DNA from: a virus
Virus record (IMG/VR): IMGVR_UViG_3300032242_003075
Location: 1 to 64,000 of that record
DNA length: 64,000 bases
Direction: 5' to 3' (one strand)
The translations under genes and the position numbers were made by a program. The notes under the pieces are model-generated. The model was not told the DNA's origin. It did not search any database and was given only the letters and a program-made list of their open reading frames with translations. Shown one piece after another: positions 58,778 to 64,000 of the stretch. How positions within the stretch are numbered: the first letter of the stretch is position 1; the number at the start of each line of letters is the position of its first letter.

Positions 58778-59827
58778 TTATTTATTAGTGATGGTCTCAC
58801 TTTGTTTACTTGTTTTACGAGTCCTTAAACCTGACTCCCTTGCCGCAATCTCTGCCTCCAGTTTATTCTGAAGAGCTTTAATTTCAGGGGTCGTTTTATT
58901 GCCTAGCGTAATTCCAGTAGCCTTAATAACATCGGCAAAATCAATCTCAGGTTTCTCCTTTGAATAGACCGAATTTTGATCTGGCGTAAAGCTTAGTTCA
59001 ACCGAAGGTAATACCTGCACAAGTAAATTTCCTCCCAACCTGCCGCTAGCTTCGTCCGACTTAACATTAAAGTCTTCGAACTTAAACTTATGGGAAACTC
59101 CGTTAACGATTGCCTCTGCCCAAATCAGTTTGGTGTTATCAACACTTTCTCCGGAGATTACCTTAGTTAGGTTCTGTGAAACTTTATAAAGAAAGCTAAT
59201 TCCGGATGAGTACGAGCCCTTTTCTAATTGACCGTCAATGAACCTCAGCTTTTCTCCGTGCACTATTACTGTGTATTCGAAATTACCCTTGGGTGATTCT
59301 TGATTAGGCGCTTGAGTTGTAGTGCTAGTCACTTCCTCGGTTCCTTCTGGTCCACTCAATAGCTTTGGACTATTATCTATATTAGCTTTAGGTTTAGCGT
59401 CACGAATCACATCTACTTCACCTCCTCTAGCTGGAAAAGCGATTAACGACCGACCTATGTCCGAGCCTTTGACAAGCTCTCTCTTACCGGTGTTCTGTAA
59501 TGCTCTTGACGGCTGATCGCCTGATGCTAATTGTTTTGGCTGATCCGGTCCAGGTGGCAATGCTGCCTCCTTTAGGATTCCTAGCTTAGCGTCAATTATC
59601 GAATTAATCTCCATTAGTAGACCGTTTAACTGTTCCCCGGAGGTGTACTTAACGTACTTCGGAGAAGCATAGGCCGAGGTGTAAATTAGGTCAGGGTAAA
59701 CATCAGTCTCATAGATTTCGATTAATTGATCGTTTTGATTCCATTTCGGCTGTTTACCCCTGCCTAAACTCTTCCAAGTTATCTTGAATCCTATTATTGA
59801 TTCAGCTATTACGCCCTGTACTGCCAA
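58778..59827 (-). CDS. Hypothetical late protein
   Basis: 349-aa ORF in the head/tail operon. Confidence 0.7.
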   Translation of the reverse strand: MAVQGVIAESIIGFKITWKSLGRGKQPKWNQNDQLIEIYETDVYPDLIYTSAYASPKYVKYTSGEQLNGLLMEINSIIDAKLGILKEAALPPGPDQPKQLASGDQPSRALQNTGKRELVKGSDIGRSLIAFPARGGEVDVIRDAKPKANIDNSPKLLSGPEGTEEVTSTTTQAPNQESPKGNFEYTVIVHGEKLRFIDGQLEKGSYSSGISFLYKVSQNLTKVISGESVDNTKLIWAEAIVNGVSHKFKFEDFNVKSDEASGRLGGNLLVQVLPSVELSFTPDQNSVYSKEKPEIDFADVIKATGITLGNKTTPEIKALQNKLEAEIAARESGLRTRKTSKQSETITNK

Positions 59828-59830
59828 TTA

Positions 59831-60133
59831 TTATCCTATTTCTTTTTCACCCTGGAATTCCTTTCCACGATTTGATTTTTTCTTGCTAGGATCGACAGGC
59901 TTGTAGTTGGCCCAGATCTCGTTATACACTCTGCAAGAAGCTCCCATGAAGTTAACTATTCCGACGTATTTTTTACGGTCATCGCCCTTCATTTTTGAAA
60001 TTTTCTTACCTATTGTACGAGCATCGTCCAGGTCCAATTCTTCATCGTCCGACTTTCCGACCAAATCCTTTATTGAGCTTTCGTTGGTGACGAAGTCCTT
60101 AAAAGATCTAATCCTGCTATTATTTTGATCCAT
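59831..60133 (-). CDS. Putative head-internal protein
   Basis: N-terminal SRIRSFKDFVTNESS. Confidence 0.55.
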   Translation of the reverse strand: MDQNNSRIRSFKDFVTNESSIKDLVGKSDDEELDLDDARTIGKKISKMKGDDRKKYVGIVNFMGASCRVYNEIWANYKPVDPSKKKSNRGKEFQGEKEIG

Positions 60134-60147
60134 TAGTTAGAGTTTAA

Positions 60148-60516
60148 TTATTTCCTTGGCAATTTAGCCATCTTAGAGTCAACTTGCCTGTTGGAAGTTT
60201 TACCCTTAATTAGGATATTAGCCATCTTAGGGTCAACTTGCTTATTGGAAGCAGTTCCCCTACCCTTAGGTAAATCAGCAGTATTTGTCTTTACCGACTT
60301 TGTGATGCTCGAGCCCTTTCCTTTTGGAAGCTGTGCCATTTCAGGCTTTACTGATTTAGCGATGTTTTTACCTTTACCTTTAGGTAGCTCAGACACTTTA
60401 TTATCAACCTGTTTGGTGATTTTTGAACCTTTAGCCGGAGCTCCTTTTGAAAGTTCTTGGTCGATTGATTTCTTTTCTAAAAGAAATTCTTGGTAGCTTA
60501 ATACTGACTTAATCAT
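60148..60516 (-). CDS. Lys-rich repeat protein, putative DNA-binding head-internal protein
   Basis: Leader MIKSVLSYQEFLLE, then about five 18-19-aa repeats LPKGKG...K.V....A; late promoter at 60560-60566. Confidence 0.65.
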   Translation of the reverse strand: MIKSVLSYQEFLLEKKSIDQELSKGAPAKGSKITKQVDNKVSELPKGKGKNIAKSVKPEMAQLPKGKGSSITKSVKTNTADLPKGRGTASNKQVDPKMANILIKGKTSNRQVDSKMAKLPRK

Positions 60517-60597
60517 TCTGTTTTATTTTTTTGTTGCGTTATGCTTTATCTATGAATGTTATTTATTTAAGCACACGTCGTTAAAATATGAGGCGAT

Positions 60598-62307
60598 TTA
60601 TAAATTATCGGCTGACCATTCAAATTTCCAATTACCGCATTCAAATGTTCGGTATAGACCCCTTTCGTGCATTATCTGAAGTTCAGTTTTAGTTGGGTCC
60701 TCGCCCTGTAGAACAAGCTTGTGTTTCATGAAGTTATTCCTGGGCATCCTGATTCCGTTGACCACCCACGAATACGAATTTGATCTACCCAATAGCTTAA
60801 ATCCAAGTTTATGATACACGGTACAGGTTGGATCCGGTGAAATGTCTACGTCGCAAAAGCTTATCACCCGGGCAGGTCCTATTTCTCGTACGAATCTTGA
60901 GAATAACTTTGAGGCTCCTCCTATTACTGACGTGTTCAACTTTGTGCAAAGTCGTTCAAGCTCCCAAATTTCGGACTTTCTGACGAATGTCATGACCTCA
61001 ACTAATTCTGACTCGTAGAACAGGCCGTATGCAATCGTACATCTCTTTCCTCCCTTTAAATGATTTTCCTCGCAAAAATCCTTTGCCTTTTTCGAATCCA
61101 TTCTATCGATGGTGCATTTTCTTGCGAATATTCTCGATTTGGACATCCCCACAAAGTTATTAATCATGCTCTCAACTATCGGTCTTTTGGTTGACCAGTC
61201 ATCTTCCCAGACATGATGTAGTTTTATTCCATGTGAATGAGCTAGCATCGTTTTATTAATGTGGTATTGAGAAGGTTTTTCCATTTCACTATGCCAGTAA
61301 GTTCCGTTAAATTCAATCGCAATCATTTCTTTCGGTAAAAAAATGTCCAATTCTGTTCCCTTTAAAACGTATTTTCTATTTAATAGAACGTTAGGGCCGT
61401 ATACTGATATGACGTAATCAGCTAAACTTTTTTCAGCCTTTGAGAATCTTCTGTTTGATATGTCTGACTTATTACAGAAAGGGCAAGGATCAGCGCCTCT
61501 TCTTAGCTTAACGTTAACGCATGAATTTGCAAGCACGAACGAGTTACTGCATTTATTGCACAGTAATGAATAGTACTGAGTTGTAGTATCGTGATCAACT
61601 AATTCAATCTGGTAGGACTTTAACTTGGCTGAGGCAGCGATTGCTAGCTTGATCTTATTTGATTTTCCAACCTTACTTGAAATTTCTGGGCTTTTAGCAG
61701 CATTTTCAAAACCGTACCTACTTAAATTAGTATCTTTGGTTTTTTTAATACCAAGCATGTTTAACGTTCCCTGAGAATCAATCGTTGACTGCTGTTGTTT
61801 TTTTAATATATCATAATTCTGTAAAGCATGTTTAGCTCCATACCTCTCAACCATGGTCTTTTCCATAGATTCTCTCGGTTTTCCGGACCAATTGTGCTCA
61901 GAACCGTATCGTTCCATCATGGTTTTTCGGTAATTATCCCTAGTTGATTTCAGCTTGGTTGGATGATCAACTCCGTGCTTAAGCATGGTGCTTTCCCTTA
62001 AAGTTAGTAGGCGATTACTATCAATGCATGATTTATCCCCACATGTCTCTAAGTAGCCTTTAGAATATGTATTGAATTTTCTAAGTTTACCGCATTCGCA
62101 TCTAACTCCATTTTCTGAGTTGACGATGGACCATAATATCTGCTGTGGATTGTCAGGTACTTGAAACTTATTGATTAAAAAATCTTTAAACTCTTTGTCC
62201 TTTCTTAATATGGTCAATTCGCTTTGAATTCTAACGTTTGCCATTTTTTTCTCTAATAGTTTCTCCCTGAGTGAATCTAGTTTTTCTTGATTAGTTAGAG
62301 GTTCCAT
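60598..62307 (-). mobile_element. Free-standing putative homing endonuclease (Hef-like) downstream of the capsid gene
   Basis: Zinc motifs, T-x-x-x-R-Y-G repeats, ELDIFLP...IAIEFNGTYWHS nuclease, then IFARKC...ELERLC...VIGGASKLF domain; own TATAAATA at 62335-62342. Confidence 0.78.
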
Positions 62308-62367
62308 GTATCCAATGATTAGGTATTTGTAATCTATTTATACAAGACAGGTCAGACATAGGTTCAT

Positions 62368-62396
62368 AAAAAAAGCAGGCATTTCTGCCTGCTTTT
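62368..62396 (-). terminator. Terminator after the major capsid gene
   Basis: gcaggca-ttt c-tgcctgc stem flanked by an A tract (T tract on the minus strand). Confidence 0.85.
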
Positions 62397-62423
62397 ACTT
62401 ATTACTAATATAGTATATTAATC

Positions 62424-64000
62424 TTAGTAAGATGATGCTGGTCTAGTTGATCCAGTTAATACACCTAAACCGTTTACAGTTAAAGTGATGTATTGAGTTT
62501 CTGGGTGCCATCCTGCTTCTGTGATTGCATAACGTGATTTCATACCAATTTTTGGAGAGAATGTACCTTCTGCAATTGTTTGAAGAGATTCAGCCATAAT
62601 ATACGGCATGAATTTAACACCTGGTTCTTCATCTGCACCTTTACGGCCGATGTGGATTCTGTTATCTCCGAATTTTAAGTTTGGATCCACATACACAGTT
62701 AAACCGTGTACTTTACCTGCTGGATATAATTGTCCTGCAGTTGATGGAAGATCATTATTAAACGGAGAGAATGTGTAACCTGCTACGTCAGCAAGAGCTG
62801 AAGCAACACGACCGTTAGTTACGATGTAAGTACCGGCTCCGAAACGACCTCTGTGATAAATCAAGTTAGCCATTTCAAGAATTTTAGTTACAACTCGACG
62901 TTGTAGAGTTGAGATGTTCTCAAAACCAGTTGAACCTACTGTAAGGTCTAAGTTAGTAATGTCAGAACCTTCAACTCCTGCGATTTCAGTGTTATGAGCT
63001 GTTCCTAATTGGAATACTCTGTCTACTAATTTCTTGTTGATCGATTGAGCAAGTTCGTTAACCGCTACGTTTTCTAACATTGAGATTACGTCGAAGTTCC
63101 AAACTCTGTTAAGATCTTGGATTTGCTCAACTGTTGCAGAGATAGCAACTTGGTCTCCTTTTGCTTCGATGAACTTGGTGAACATACGAAGACCCATTTG
63201 ACGGAATTTTGAAGTTTCTGCAACTGCTCTGGTCATTCCATCCATTTGACTTCCGTTAGCTCCTAAGTAAGGACCGTTAAAGTCAGTAGTTGAGTAATCA
63301 GCATCTGATACTGAAGTGAAACCTGAAATGTGGTTTTCTAAAGCAGATACTAATTCAACTTTGTTATCAGCTGTACGGAAAGTTACTACCGAAGTACCTG
63401 AAACGTCAGTGTTATTAGCTGGTTGAATATCAACGTCTGCTGCGAAGTAATCAGCAAGAGTACCGCTATCATGAGATAAGATAACCTTGAAGATTGGAGT
63501 TCCGTCAACACGTGATTTACCAACGTATTGCATAACTAAGTCAGTGTTGGCTTCGTTTACACCGTAGTTGTTACCTTCGGTGAACGGTAGAGTAGCTGAG
63601 CTAAACTTAGCACCATTTGCGACACCGTTTACTGTAGAACCAGCAGCGTTTTCTAACAAACCTGTGATCTTGATTAAATACGGTTCGTATTGTTTGTCAA
63701 TGTTACCACCTTGGTACACGTAATCCAAGTAAGGTAAGAAACCTACTGGAGAATCCATAGGAACTACACCAACTAGGTCGAAACCAATAGTTTTAGCAGC
63801 CACTTGGATTGCTACAGGTAAAAGGCTTGGGAATTTATCACCAGAACCTGATACTGAAGCACCGTATCCGTTTTTAATACCTGCTGTGAACGGAGTCATT
63901 GAGCTAGTAGGAGAAGTGATTGCTCCCATTGCGCTAATAGAACCCGGTTGTTGTAAGAATAAACCTGGAGCTACACCAGTGTTTGATTCATTGATTGCAC
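62424..64000 (-). CDS. gp23: Major capsid protein (gp23-like), 5' end outside the window
   Basis: DLVGVVPMDSPVG, EQIQDL, ELAQSINK, VYVDP, FMPYI, TFSPKIGMKSRYA. The frame stays open upstream of 63929 to the window edge (...AINESNTGVAPGLFLQQPGSISAMG). Confidence 0.93.
   Translation of the reverse strand, partial: AINESNTGVAPGLFLQQPGSISAMGAITSPTSSMTPFTAGIKNGYGASVSGSGDKFPSLLPVAIQVAAKTIGFDLVGVVPMDSPVGFLPYLDYVYQGGNIDKQYEPYLIKITGLLENAAGSTVNGVANGAKFSSATLPFTEGNNYGVNEANTDLVMQYVGKSRVDGTPIFKVILSHDSGTLADYFAADVDIQPANNTDVSGTSVVTFRTADNKVELVSALENHISGFTSVSDADYSTTDFNGPYLGANGSQMDGMTRAVAETSKFRQMGLRMFTKFIEAKGDQVAISATVEQIQDLNRVWNFDVISMLENVAVNELAQSINKKLVDRVFQLGTAHNTEIAGVEGSDITNLDLTVGSTGFENISTLQRRVVTKILEMANLIYHRGRFGAGTYIVTNGRVASALADVAGYTFSPFNNDLPSTAGQLYPAGKVHGLTVYVDPNLKFGDNRIHIGRKGADEEPGVKFMPYIMAESLQTIAEGTFSPKIGMKSRYAITEAGWHPETQYITLTVNGLGVLTGSTRPASSY

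Larger units (their letters stand above)
2197..62342. promoter_or_regulatory. Dispersed T4-type late promoters, core ATAAATA (coordinates span first to last site)
   Basis: Minus strand: 2197-2203, 3577-3583, 5655-5661, 20874-20880, 24211-24217, 43534-43544, 58779-58785, 60560-60566, 62335-62342. Plus strand: 5689-5695, 33481-33487, 36375-36382, 47684-47691. Each lies about 10-50 nt upstream of a gene start or short ORF. Confidence 0.75.

Noticed and set aside
63927-63929. ATG at 63929 as the capsid protein start
   Set aside because: The frame remains open to the window edge and includes a likely maturation site (AINE|S), so the true start is upstream.
1-64000. Stop-codon reassignment, tRNA genes, integrase
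   Set aside because: Conserved genes are full length in the standard code and end in TAA, TAG and TGA. No cloverleaf was seen in the short intergenic gaps and no integrase motif was found.

Overview
A 64 kb piece of a large lytic T4-like (myovirus-type, probably jumbo) phage genome in the standard genetic code. The host is probably Bacteroidota (inference from NrdJ/exonuclease sequence style and A-rich, Shine-Dalgarno-less starts). The minus strand carries late virion genes: a mucin-like Thr-rich fibre, gp14-like neck, fibres/baseplate, tail sheath, tail tube, head-internal proteins and the major capsid protein. The plus strand carries GroEL, GroES, a ribosomal S1-like protein, NrdJ, SSB, RNase H, dUTPase, the N-terminal half of a split PolB, helicase, gp47/gp46 and nucleotide enzymes. 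Main findings: (1) a fractured recA/uvsX whose halves carry a naturally split intein and flank a free-standing endonuclease whose start codon lies in an 11-bp hairpin; (2) a T4-type capsid-targeting/cleavage leader (F/Y-x-x-F-x-x-E) on about six unrelated proteins, including a HAD nucleotidase, suggesting a packaged cargo set; (3) a thymidylate-synthase-fold enzyme with the dCMP-specifying Asp next to dCMP deaminase; (4) a SET-domain gene wedged between gp47 and gp46; (5) two phage promoter classes (AAAC-N16/17-GTANAAK and ATAAATA) that fit a cascade through the gp55-like sigma; (6) a candidate structured RNA upstream of nrdJ. All calls come from motif reading by eye; no database searches were run.
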